Positions 9,650 to 24,669 of a DNA stretch of 64,000 nucleotides are shown piece by piece. How positions within the stretch are numbered: position 1 is the stretch's first letter; each line of letters opens with the position of its first letter. A model generated the notes under the pieces. It worked only from the letters and a program-made list of their open reading frames with translations, did no database searches and was not told where the DNA came from. The translations under genes were made by a program, and so were the position numbers. Origin of the DNA: an uncultured Gemmatimonadales bacterium (GTDB lineage Bacteria; Gemmatimonadota; Gemmatimonadetes; Gemmatimonadales; GWC2-71-9); assembly GCA_963771275.1 (NCBI GenBank), contig CAVYSW010000003.1:544001-608000 (forward strand), in the 5' to 3' direction.

Positions 9650-9758
9650 GTCCGAAGAATGGCGAGGATGACCGCGCCGCAGGAGTCCCGCGCCAAACCT
9701 TGGAGGACCGGCTAGGTTTCCTGATTGGTCACCACTACCAGAGACAGGTTGCGGCAGC

Positions 9759-13385
<3,627 letters not shown>

Positions 13386-13424
13386 CACCGTCACGCGGAA
13401 TTCCCTGCCCCGCGCGATGCGGCA

Positions 13425-13937
13425 TCAGACGCCGGGCGGCACCTGCCCCATGGGAATGTCCCTGAGCTCGGCGCGCAGCAGCGGGTGGATCCGCAGCAGA
13501 TACCAGCCCATGGCGATCGCGGCCGCGGCGCTCGCCACCGCCAGCTGCACCCAGCCGAGCGCGCCCAACAGCGGCATCGCGAACAGCACCACCGCCACGA
13601 ACAGGTGGAAGCCCACGAAGATGAGCGCCACGAGCACGGCGTACTGGCTCAGTGGGTACCTTTCGCTCTGCGCGACGAGCCACGAAGCCAGGAAGCCGAC
13701 CGCGAGCATGACCAGGGCGTGCACCATGTTGAACGCCAGGACCGGCGGGGGCGTGATCACGAGCTGCGCCGCGTCGCGCAACCCGAAGAACATCGCCGAG
13801 CCGAACAGCGCGGCGGTGTAGAACGGCGATCGGCCGGCAATCAGATTGAGGACGACAAAGAACACGACGATGGTGAAATACCCGATGAGCCCCGCGAACA
13901 GGCCCCCGCGCAGGGTCACAGTCGTCTGCTGGCGCAT
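13425..13937 (-). CDS. Hypothetical membrane protein
   Basis: GAGG RBS before ATG; 4-5 hydrophobic segments; GRSPFYTAALFG. Confidence 0.75.
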   Translation of the reverse strand: MRQQTTVTLRGGLFAGLIGYFTIVVFFVVLNLIAGRSPFYTAALFGSAMFFGLRDAAQLVITPPPVLAFNMVHALVMLAVGFLASWLVAQSERYPLSQYAVLVALIFVGFHLFVAVVLFAMPLLGALGWVQLAVASAAAAIAMGWYLLRIHPLLRAELRDIPMGQVPPGV

Positions 13938-14030
13938 GGCCACCTCGCATGACCGGTCATCGGCAACGTATTGGCGGCCCGGCGACCCGCCCCGTGAACG
14001 GCGGATGAAGGTTCGTTCACGTCTGCTGGC

Positions 14031-14600
14031 ATGAGCGCGATCTACGCCGCGCTGCGGTTCGGCGTGCTCGCCGCGTTCCTCGCCGCCATGGTCCTCGCGT
14101 TGGGCAGCTGGGCCGTGACGACACGCCGCCTCGCGCCGTTCGGCTTCGCCGCCCGCACCATCCGCACGGTGGCGGACCCGCTGCTCGCTCCGCTGGAGCG
14201 CTTCCTCGTGCGTCGCGGCCGGAATCCGCAGAACGCCCCCGCGTGGCTGGTCGGCCTCGTCACCGCGGGTGGCATCGCGCTCCTCGTGCTCGGCCAGTGG
14301 CTGCTCACGACGCTCGCCGCCGCCGTGACCGCGGCGCACGCCGGGCCCAGGGGCGTCGTCCGGCTCGGGGTCTACCTGGCCGGCCAGCTCGTGCTGCTGG
14401 CCCTCATCGTCCGGGTGGCCGGCTCCTGGTTCGGTGCCGGCCGGTACACCCGCTGGATGCGTCCCGCCTACCTGCTGACCGATTGGATCGTGCGGCCGCT
14501 GCAGCGCTTCGTGCCGCCGCTCGGCGTCGTGGACATCACGCCGCTGGTCGCGTGGTTCCTGCTGCAGCTGGTGTTGGGGCTGGTGCTGAGCCGGCTGTGA
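14031..14600 (+). CDS. YggT-family membrane protein (two repeats)
   Basis: ADPLLAPLERF and TDWIVRPLQRFVPPLGVVDITPLVA motifs. Confidence 0.85.
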   Translation: MSAIYAALRFGVLAAFLAAMVLALGSWAVTTRRLAPFGFAARTIRTVADPLLAPLERFLVRRGRNPQNAPAWLVGLVTAGGIALLVLGQWLLTTLAAAVTAAHAGPRGVVRLGVYLAGQLVLLALIVRVAGSWFGAGRYTRWMRPAYLLTDWIVRPLQRFVPPLGVVDITPLVAWFLLQLVLGLVLSRL

Positions 14601-14627
14601 GGACCCGGCGGTGAGGCGGCCGCAGGC

Positions 14628-16379
14628 TCAGGGAACCAGACGGTAGTGCGGCGCGGGGGGGGGCGGAGCGCTGGCGCTCCGGGCGACGATCCGCTTCATC
14701 CGCTCGCTCACGGGGAACACCTCCACCGCGGGCTGCCAGGTGACCGGTGACCCGGTCGCCGCGTCGACGACCTTTCCCTGAGCCAGCGCACGCTCCGCAT
14801 CCGGCAGCGGCATGCCACCCAGAACGTCGTGCAGCGCCTCGAAGCGCGCCCGGGCTTCGGGTTCGAGAAACCGCAGGTGCCGTCGGCCGAGCACCGCCAT
14901 GTGGTACTGGGCGGGGGCGGACACCAGCCCATCGAGTCCGAGACGCTCGATCAGCACGAGGAGCCACGCCACCACGTGGCGCAGCAGGCCGAGGCCGGGA
15001 TGCTCCTGACCCGGCAGGCGCTGCTGCACCGTGGAGAACGGGACGCGCGGGTTCTGGAGCAGCAGCCACTCGACGTACAGGACCTCCGTCCCCGGAACGA
15101 TCCGCTTGTTGCGGCTGACGCGCAGCTCCATGAGCAGCTCGGTGCGCTCGGTGTCGCCGAACAGCCGAATGGTCTCGCCGAGCCCCGACCCGAAGCCGAT
15201 GTCCACCACGGGGTTGCAGAAGCCGCGGCGGCGGACTTCCTCGATGAGCCCGACGTCCTCGAGCGATACCTCGATCGTGTAGCGCGAGAAGGCGCCGAGC
15301 ACGCGCGGGCTGGGCTCCGCACCGGGGACGAGCGCGAACAGGTCCTGCTCGGTGAGACCCCAGTCATCCGGGTCCGCGGTGTGCAGCTCCGCCTGGCGGA
15401 AGCGGCGCAGCACGAGCTCGAAGTCGTCGGGCGGCTCGCCCGCCGTCCCGCAGCCGAGCCAGGAGAGGAACCGCGCCGAGTACCGCCACGCCCCGCGCCC
15501 ATAGCCGCCGGCGAGAACGATGACGAGCGGCACGCGTCCCACCCCGCGCCGGACCTCTTCCACCACGAACCGGTCGCGCGCCAGCATGCCCGCCGGGGTC
15601 ACCCGCCAATCCCCCAACCGGTCGTCCTCAGCGATGTCGGCGCCGGCGACGTACACGACGAACTCCGGTCGATGCGCCGCGATCACCGGTGGCAGGGTCT
15701 CACGCAGCGTGTCGAGCAGCGTCGCGTCCCCGACCCCGGCGCCCAGGGCGACGGCGGTGGACGCGACACCGCCCAGCGGTTCCCAGTCGGTGTTGTGGAT
15801 GCTGAACGTGTGCACGAGGGGGTCGTTCGCGAACACCGCGCGCGTCCCGTTCCCGTCGTGCAGGTCCAGGTCCACCACGAGCACCCGGCCGGCGAACCCG
15901 TAGTGCCGCAGGTGACGGATCGCGATGGCGATGTCGTTGATCAGGCAGAAGCCCATCCCCTGCGTCGGGGTCGCGTGGTGCAGGCCACCGCCCAGATTGA
16001 CCGCCGGCTGCCGGGTGCGTAGCGCGATCCGCGCCGCGCGGATCGTGCCGCCCGTGACGAGGCGCTGCTGATCGAGCGCCCGCTGGCGCTCCGCGTCGGA
16101 CAGCGAGACTCCAACCGCCTGGGACACGACGTCCACGCGGTCGAGTGCGGCGACGTGCTCGCGGGCGTGGACGCGGTAGATCGCGTCGAGGCTCACCGGC
16201 CGCGGGCGGGCCACGGCATAGCGCGGGACGAGTCCTTCCTCCCGCAGAAAGGCCAGGATGCGATCCGCCCGCTCGGGGTCCATCGGGACCGCCGAGATGC
16301 CGAGCCCGTACTCAGGATGATGCACGACCCACAGCCTGGCGGGCCTCAGGAGGCGGAGGGCACGGCGGAGCGAGCGCAC
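14628..16379 (-). CDS. Histone deacetylase (AcuC/AphA) family protein with a large C-terminal extra domain
   Basis: GGLHHA, GFC, DLDLHDGNG, GAD...DDRLG and GGY catalytic motifs in the first ~310 aa, plus ~270 extra aa. Confidence 0.85.
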   Translation of the reverse strand: MRSLRRALRLLRPARLWVVHHPEYGLGISAVPMDPERADRILAFLREEGLVPRYAVARPRPVSLDAIYRVHAREHVAALDRVDVVSQAVGVSLSDAERQRALDQQRLVTGGTIRAARIALRTRQPAVNLGGGLHHATPTQGMGFCLINDIAIAIRHLRHYGFAGRVLVVDLDLHDGNGTRAVFANDPLVHTFSIHNTDWEPLGGVASTAVALGAGVGDATLLDTLRETLPPVIAAHRPEFVVYVAGADIAEDDRLGDWRVTPAGMLARDRFVVEEVRRGVGRVPLVIVLAGGYGRGAWRYSARFLSWLGCGTAGEPPDDFELVLRRFRQAELHTADPDDWGLTEQDLFALVPGAEPSPRVLGAFSRYTIEVSLEDVGLIEEVRRRGFCNPVVDIGFGSGLGETIRLFGDTERTELLMELRVSRNKRIVPGTEVLYVEWLLLQNPRVPFSTVQQRLPGQEHPGLGLLRHVVAWLLVLIERLGLDGLVSAPAQYHMAVLGRRHLRFLEPEARARFEALHDVLGGMPLPDAERALAQGKVVDAATGSPVTWQPAVEVFPVSERMKRIVARSASAPPPPAPHYRLVP

Positions 16380-16437
16380 GCGCGTAAATTACGCTGCCGC
16401 ACCACTGGGGGCGCGGCCGACCGAGGAGTCCGCTCGC

Positions 16438-16773
16438 GTGAGCAAGCGCAAGAGGCGCGACGTGCCGCAGGCGCCGTCATCCGGCACGCCCGATGCGCGT
16501 CCGGCCGTCGTGCTGCTGCTCCACGTCCAGCCGCGCGCCGCGCGCACCGAGGTCGTGGGCCGGCACGGGGACGCGGTCAAGATCCGGCTCCACGCTGCGC
16601 CGGTCGACGGCGCGGCGAACGAGGAGCTGCTGCGCTTCCTCGCCGGACGCCTCGGCGTGGCCCGCTCCGCGCTCCGGCTCGTGGCAGGCGAGTCCGGCCG
16701 GCGCAAGCGGGTCGCCGTGACGGGTGGGCCCCCGGATCCGGAGCGGCTGCTGCTCGCACCGCCCGGGGCCTGA
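16438..16773 (+). CDS. DUF167 (YggU) family protein
   Basis: HVQPRA, APVDGAANEELLRFLA, GESGRRK; lies near a yggT gene, a common association. Confidence 0.9.
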   Translation: MSKRKRRDVPQAPSSGTPDARPAVVLLLHVQPRAARTEVVGRHGDAVKIRLHAAPVDGAANEELLRFLAGRLGVARSALRLVAGESGRRKRVAVTGGPPDPERLLLAPPGA

Positions 16774-16789
16774 GGACGTCACCCCAGAC

Positions 16790-17179
16790 TCAGCCCGCCC
16801 GCGTCCAACTCATCAGGGCCAGGGTGTTCCCCTCCGTATCCAGGAAGAACGCCAGCCGCATGACGCGCTCCGCTTCGCGGTGCACGACATGCGGCTTGCT
16901 ACGGAACGTGACTCCCCGCTCCGCCAGCGCGTCGTGGGCCGCGTCGATGTCGGCCACGTCGAAGTAGAGGATCGACGCGGGGTGATCGAACGCCGGCTCG
17001 CTGGGGAGCCCGAGCATCAGCGTCAGATCCCCGCACCGGAAGAAGGCCATGCCGGGCACCTGGAACAGCAACGGCAGCCCCAGCCGATCCCGGTAGAACG
17101 CGGTTGCGCGCTCGAGGTCGCGGGCGTTGACGGCGATCTGGGCGATCCGGCCGAGGCCGGGGAATGCGGGGTGGGGCAC
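16790..17179 (-). CDS. VOC/glyoxalase-family protein
   Basis: IAQIAVNARDLERATAFYRDRLGL, LYFDVADID, AFFLDTEGNTLAL. Confidence 0.9.
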   Translation of the reverse strand: MPHPAFPGLGRIAQIAVNARDLERATAFYRDRLGLPLLFQVPGMAFFRCGDLTLMLGLPSEPAFDHPASILYFDVADIDAAHDALAERGVTFRSKPHVVHREAERVMRLAFFLDTEGNTLALMSWTRAG

Positions 17180-17214
17180 GGCGACCTCGGGGTTGTGCGG
17201 TGGCGGCGCGATAA

Positions 17215-17229
17215 TTAGCTTAGCTAAGC
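17215..17229. promoter_or_regulatory. Putative MarR operator between divergent VOC and marR genes
   Basis: Perfect palindrome GCTTAGCTAAGC at 17218-17229, overlapping TTAGC-N3-GCTAA at 17215-17227, in an AT-rich island. Confidence 0.7.
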
Positions 17230-17237
17230 AAAATAGT

Positions 17238-17711
17238 ATGCCGGACCCACCGCCTCGTCAACCCGCCGCCGCGGACGTCGCGACCGCCGATCGCCTGCAC
17301 TCGGCGGCCATCCGACTGCTGCGCCGCCTCCGGCTGGTGGACGGTAGGGTGGGGCTCAGCGCGCCACGCCTCTCCGCGCTGTCGGTCATCGTGTTCCGCG
17401 GCCCGCTGAGCCTGTCGGCGCTCGCGGCCGCGGAACAGGTCCGCCCGCCGACGATCACGCGGCTGGTGCAGGAGCTGGAGCGGGCGGGGCTGGTTGAGCG
17501 TCTGCGCGACGCGACCGACCGGCGCGTGACGCGGATCCGGGCCACCGCCACGGGGAAGCAGCTGCTCGACACCGGCCGCCGGGCACGCGTCGAGCTGCTC
17601 GCACGGGCCGTGGCGCGCCTGCCCCGGGGCGAGCGCACGCTGTTGCGTGACGCGGCCGAAGTGCTGGGCCGGATCGCCGACCCTCAGCGGGATCCGCCGC
17701 CCGGCTCGTGA
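17238..17711 (+). CDS. MarR-family transcriptional regulator
   Basis: LSALAAAEQVRPPTITRLVQELERAGLVER...DRR...ATATG winged HTH. Confidence 0.9.
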   Translation: MPDPPPRQPAAADVATADRLHSAAIRLLRRLRLVDGRVGLSAPRLSALSVIVFRGPLSLSALAAAEQVRPPTITRLVQELERAGLVERLRDATDRRVTRIRATATGKQLLDTGRRARVELLARAVARLPRGERTLLRDAAEVLGRIADPQRDPPPGS

Positions 17712-18640
17712 GGCCCGGCGGGGTGCCGCGGCTCGTGCTCCCGGCGCGATCGCAGGAAGAACGCCACCACGAGGTCGGACGTCTTCACGTCGCGGCTGGG
17801 GGACCACGCGTGCCGCCCGCCATCCACCGTGTAGAGCGCCACCTCGCTCCCTCGGGCGCACGTCGGCCAGCGTTCCTCGAGCACGGTCGTCCCGTCCGCC
17901 GCGCGATCCGGGAGGCTGGTTACCGCGGCGGCTCCCTCGCAGCCATCGAGGGTGCGCCACAGTCCCGCCGTCGCGCGGGCGCCGAGGGTCGCGCGTGGGC
18001 CCTGCCCCTGCCCTTCGTAGCGGTAGGCGTCGTCGAGCGTCCCCATCATGACGAGGACCGACACGGGTGCGCCCGGACCGCACCGCTCGGCGAGGGGCGC
18101 GGAGATCGGCGCGGCGATGCTGGCCACCGCCGCGATCCGGTCCGGCATCTGGCAGGCGAGCCGGTGCACGAACAGCCCACCCTGCGAGAAGCCCACGGCG
18201 TACACGCGCGCCGGGTCCACGGGGAAGCGACGGCTCAGGCTATCGATCACGACGCGCACGAACCCGGTGTCGTTGATGCCGAGCCGGTCCGCCCGGTTGC
18301 AGTCGCACCCTTCCGCCCAGTTCCCCACGGCGGCGTCGGGGTACACCACCAGAAACCCGTCACGCGCGGCGAGACGGTCGAGGCCCGTCGCCGCGCGGAA
18401 CCCGGCGCCGGACTCTCCCGTGCCGTGAAACGCGAGCACCAGCGGCACGCGTTCCCGCCCTCCGAGTTCGTGCGGGACGAACAGGTCGAACGTCCGGACC
18501 GTGTCGCCGACCATCAGCTCGGCCCGGTGCGCCGTGCCGCCCGCCCGTCCGCCACCACACCCGGCGACCGCGAGCACGAGAAGCGCCGCCCGGCCGATCC
18601 GTTCGAGCGCGTCCCGCAGGGAGCCGCCGCCGACGCTCAC
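17684..18640 (-). CDS. PHB-depolymerase/LpqC-like esterase, probable lipoprotein
   Basis: Lipobox VAGC, PLVLAFHG, VVYPDA, GFSQGG nucleophile, GGRHAW. GTGA overlap with the upstream gene; exact start uncertain. Confidence 0.8.
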   Translation of the reverse strand: MSVGGGSLRDALERIGRAALLVLAVAGCGGGRAGGTAHRAELMVGDTVRTFDLFVPHELGGRERVPLVLAFHGTGESGAGFRAATGLDRLAARDGFLVVYPDAAVGNWAEGCDCNRADRLGINDTGFVRVVIDSLSRRFPVDPARVYAVGFSQGGLFVHRLACQMPDRIAAVASIAAPISAPLAERCGPGAPVSVLVMMGTLDDAYRYEGQGQGPRATLGARATAGLWRTLDGCEGAAAVTSLPDRAADGTTVLEERWPTCARGSEVALYTVDGGRHAWSPSRDVKTSDLVVAFFLRSRREHEPRHPAGPHEPGGGSR

Positions 18641-18969
18641 AAGGTCCGCCGTCGCCCTCCCCCGGCCGGCCGCCACCGCCAGCGCGCGAGCTCGATCCGG
18701 TGGCCGGCGAATACGATCCCCTCCGCCTCGAGCAGGGCGCGTTGCCTCGCCTCGTCCCCCGGCGTCGTCCGCCGACTGATCTCGCCCCGCGCGTTCACGA
18801 CCCGATGCCACGGCACCGCATCGGACTCGAGCGCCGCGAGCGCGTAGCCGACCAGTCGCGCCTGACCGGGGAAACCCGCGAGCGCCGCCACCTGCCCGTA
18901 GGTGGCCACCCGACCCCGCCGAATGCGTCGCACGACGGCGTAGATCCGGGCATGGGCAGCGCCGGTCAC
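18637..18969 (-). CDS. Alkyltransferase-like (ATL/YbaZ) O6-alkylguanine-binding protein
   Basis: GRVATYGQVA, ARLVGYAL, and VPWHRVVN with Trp in place of the catalytic Cys of PCHR. Confidence 0.9.
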   Translation of the reverse strand: MTGAAHARIYAVVRRIRRGRVATYGQVAALAGFPGQARLVGYALAALESDAVPWHRVVNARGEISRRTTPGDEARQRALLEAEGIVFAGHRIELARWRWRPAGGGRRRTL

Positions 18970-19088
18970 GGTCTCTGGCGGCCGGGATCACCGGGCACCG
19001 GCACGAGCCGCACGAGCGAGTCGGCGCCGCAGGAGCCGGGCCGGGTCGCGAGCGCGGCCACGGGAGCCGCCGGGACGGAACGGGTCAC
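18966..19088 (-). CDS. Putative 40-aa peptide coupled to both neighbours
   Basis: Its GTG overlaps the pap stop (GTGA at 19085-19088) and its TGA overlaps the ATL start (18966-18969). No recognisable homology. Confidence 0.35.
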   Translation of the reverse strand: MTRSVPAAPVAALATRPGSCGADSLVRLVPVPGDPGRQRP

Positions 19089-20563
19089 AGTCGGTCGCGC
19101 AGGTGATCGCGCACCGTCTCCACGACTTTCACGCGGGCCCACTGCTTGTCGTTCGCCTCGACGAGGACCCACGGGGCGTACTCGGTGCTCGTCCGCTCGA
19201 TCATGTCGCACGCGGCCGCCTCGTAGGCATCCCACCGCGTGCGGTTCCGCCAGTCTTCCTCGGTGATCTTGTACTGCTTGTACGGCGTCGTCTGCCTGTC
19301 CTTGAAGCGGCGCAGCTGCTCGTCGGCGGAGATCGCGAGCCAGAACTTGACGATGATGTTCCCCGCCTCGGCGAGCTGCTCCTCGAACTCGTTGATCTCG
19401 GCATAGGCCCGGCGCCACTCGTCGGGCCGGGCGAACCCCTCGATCCGCTCGACGAGCACGCGACCGTACCACGAGCGGTCGTACACCGTCGCCCGCCCGC
19501 GCCGGGGCAGGGCGCGCCAGAAGCGCCAGAGGTACGGGTGGGCGCGCTCCTCGTCCGTCGGGGCTGCAATGCCGATCACCCGGTAGAGATAGGGACTCAT
19601 CGCCCCGGTGAGACGGCGGATCGCTCCGCCCTTCCCGCCGGCGTCCGGGCCTTCGAACACCGCGATCAGCGACCGTCCCGCCTTGGCGAGCTTGTGGGTC
19701 AGCCGCCCAACGTCGGCCTGCGCCGCCGCGAGGCGTTTGTCATACACCCTCTGGGCCAGGGAGTGGCTGAGGTCGAGCCGTCGGATCACGTTGACGCGCG
19801 CCGGTTTGGGGAGCGGCGGCTTCCGCGCCGGACGCTTGACCGACCGGGTTTCCAGCTCGGTGAGGGCCTCTTCCAGGGCCTCGAGGACGGACGTCGCCAC
19901 CGTGAGGTTGCGGTACTCGGCGTCCGCCGCCTCGACCACGGTCCACGGCGCGTATCCCAGGCTGGTCTCCCGCAGCGCGCGCTCCGATACGCTGCGGAAC
20001 TCGTCGTAGCGCTTGAAGAACTTCCGGGCGGAGCGATGGAGCCGCCACCGCGCGCGCGGATCGGACGCCAGCTGCTTGATCCGCTTCTTCTCGTCGGCCT
20101 TGCTGAGGTGCAGCCAGTACTTGAGCACGGGCACACCCTCAAGGGTGAGCATCCGCTCGAAGTCGCGGATCCGGTTGAGCGCGCGCTGGAACGTGTCTTC
20201 GTCGATGCGCTCGTACGCCCGATCCACGATCAAACGACTGTACCACGATCCGAAAAAGATCCCGATCTTCCCCTTGGGCGGCAGCACCCGCCAGAAGCGC
20301 CAGTATGCGGGACGCTCGCGCTCCTCGTCGGTGAGATCGAACAGCACGTTGGTCTCGAGGCCGCGCGCATCCATCCACTCGTGCAGCAGCGCCATCGTCT
20401 CGCTCTTGCCCGCACCTTCGGCGCCGCCGACGATGATGACCGGCGCCAACGGCGACGCCGCGATGCGGCGCTGCACCGCGAGGAGCGCCGCCCGCACGGC
20501 CGGCGCCTTCCGCTTGTAGGTGGTCTTGTCGAGCTTGTTGCCCACCTCGGCAGCCTCGAACAT
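19085..20563 (-). CDS. pap: Two-domain PPK2-family polyphosphate:AMP phosphotransferase
   Basis: Two P-loops (GAEGAGK and EGPDAGGKGG), FFGSWY and YDRSWYGRVLVER, YKITEEDWRNR; GGAG RBS. Confidence 0.9.
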   Translation of the reverse strand: MFEAAEVGNKLDKTTYKRKAPAVRAALLAVQRRIAASPLAPVIIVGGAEGAGKSETMALLHEWMDARGLETNVLFDLTDEERERPAYWRFWRVLPPKGKIGIFFGSWYSRLIVDRAYERIDEDTFQRALNRIRDFERMLTLEGVPVLKYWLHLSKADEKKRIKQLASDPRARWRLHRSARKFFKRYDEFRSVSERALRETSLGYAPWTVVEAADAEYRNLTVATSVLEALEEALTELETRSVKRPARKPPLPKPARVNVIRRLDLSHSLAQRVYDKRLAAAQADVGRLTHKLAKAGRSLIAVFEGPDAGGKGGAIRRLTGAMSPYLYRVIGIAAPTDEERAHPYLWRFWRALPRRGRATVYDRSWYGRVLVERIEGFARPDEWRRAYAEINEFEEQLAEAGNIIVKFWLAISADEQLRRFKDRQTTPYKQYKITEEDWRNRTRWDAYEAAACDMIERTSTEYAPWVLVEANDKQWARVKVVETVRDHLRDRL

Positions 20564-20745
20564 GGTCGTTTCTCCCGTCGCGTCTCCGTCGTCCAGCAGG
20601 TCCGCGACCACCGTGCGGGTGCCGCGTGCGGACCAGGTCGGCCTCAGCATCCCGCGTCCCGAGGTAATATCCCCCTCCGGCCGGCGGGTGCCAGGGTCGC
20701 CCCCTGGCACGATGGCGCGAAGGCATTACGTTTGCAGGACAACCG

Positions 20746-20800
20746 ATTCCGTGGTGATTTGCGGCCTATTGCAGCCACGTTAAACAAGTCGCTAAAAAGC
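20746..20800 (+). ncRNA. SAM-II (SAM-alpha) riboswitch aptamer
   Basis: CCGTGGTGATTTG...TTGCAGCCACGTTAAACAAGTCGCTAAA matches the SAM-II consensus (P1 CGTGGT/GCCACG, TGATTT loop, TTGC/GCTAAA pseudoknot) and lies 5' of metH. Confidence 0.9.
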
Positions 20801-20802
20801 CG

Positions 20803-20841
20803 GACCCCGGGGGCCGACTTGGCGACCGGGGATCTTTCGTT
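20803..20841 (+). terminator. Putative riboswitch expression-platform terminator
   Basis: Stem CCCCGG (20805-20810) / CCGGGG (20826-20831) with inner GCC/GGC, followed by ATCTTTCGTT. Confidence 0.5.
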
Positions 20842-20845
20842 CCGG

Positions 20846-20938
20846 GAGAGTGAAAAGGAGAAGTGAAACGTGAAGAGTGCGATGCCGTGTCCAGGAGGCT
20901 CCGTTTCACTTTTCACTTTTCACTCTTCACTCCTCACC
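20846..20938. repeat. Inverted array of 7-mer tandem repeats, element 1 (in the metH leader)
   Basis: Left arm AGTGAAA..AGTGAAA CGTGAAG AGTG (20849-20879); right arm TTTCACT x3, CTTCACT, CCTCACC (20904-20938). Confidence 0.9.
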
Positions 20939-20967
20939 GAAAGGCGCTTGGTGCCGAAAACACGCAC

Positions 20968-24665
<3,698 letters not shown>

Positions 24666-24669
<4 letters not shown>

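Noticed and set aside
18637..18969. Active O6-methylguanine methyltransferase (ogt)
   Set aside because: The motif is PWHR rather than PCHR, so it is the non-catalytic ATL type.
20846..20938. 7-mer and 8-mer arrays as CRISPR arrays
   Set aside because: Units are 7-8 bp, contiguous and without unique spacers, and no cas genes are present.
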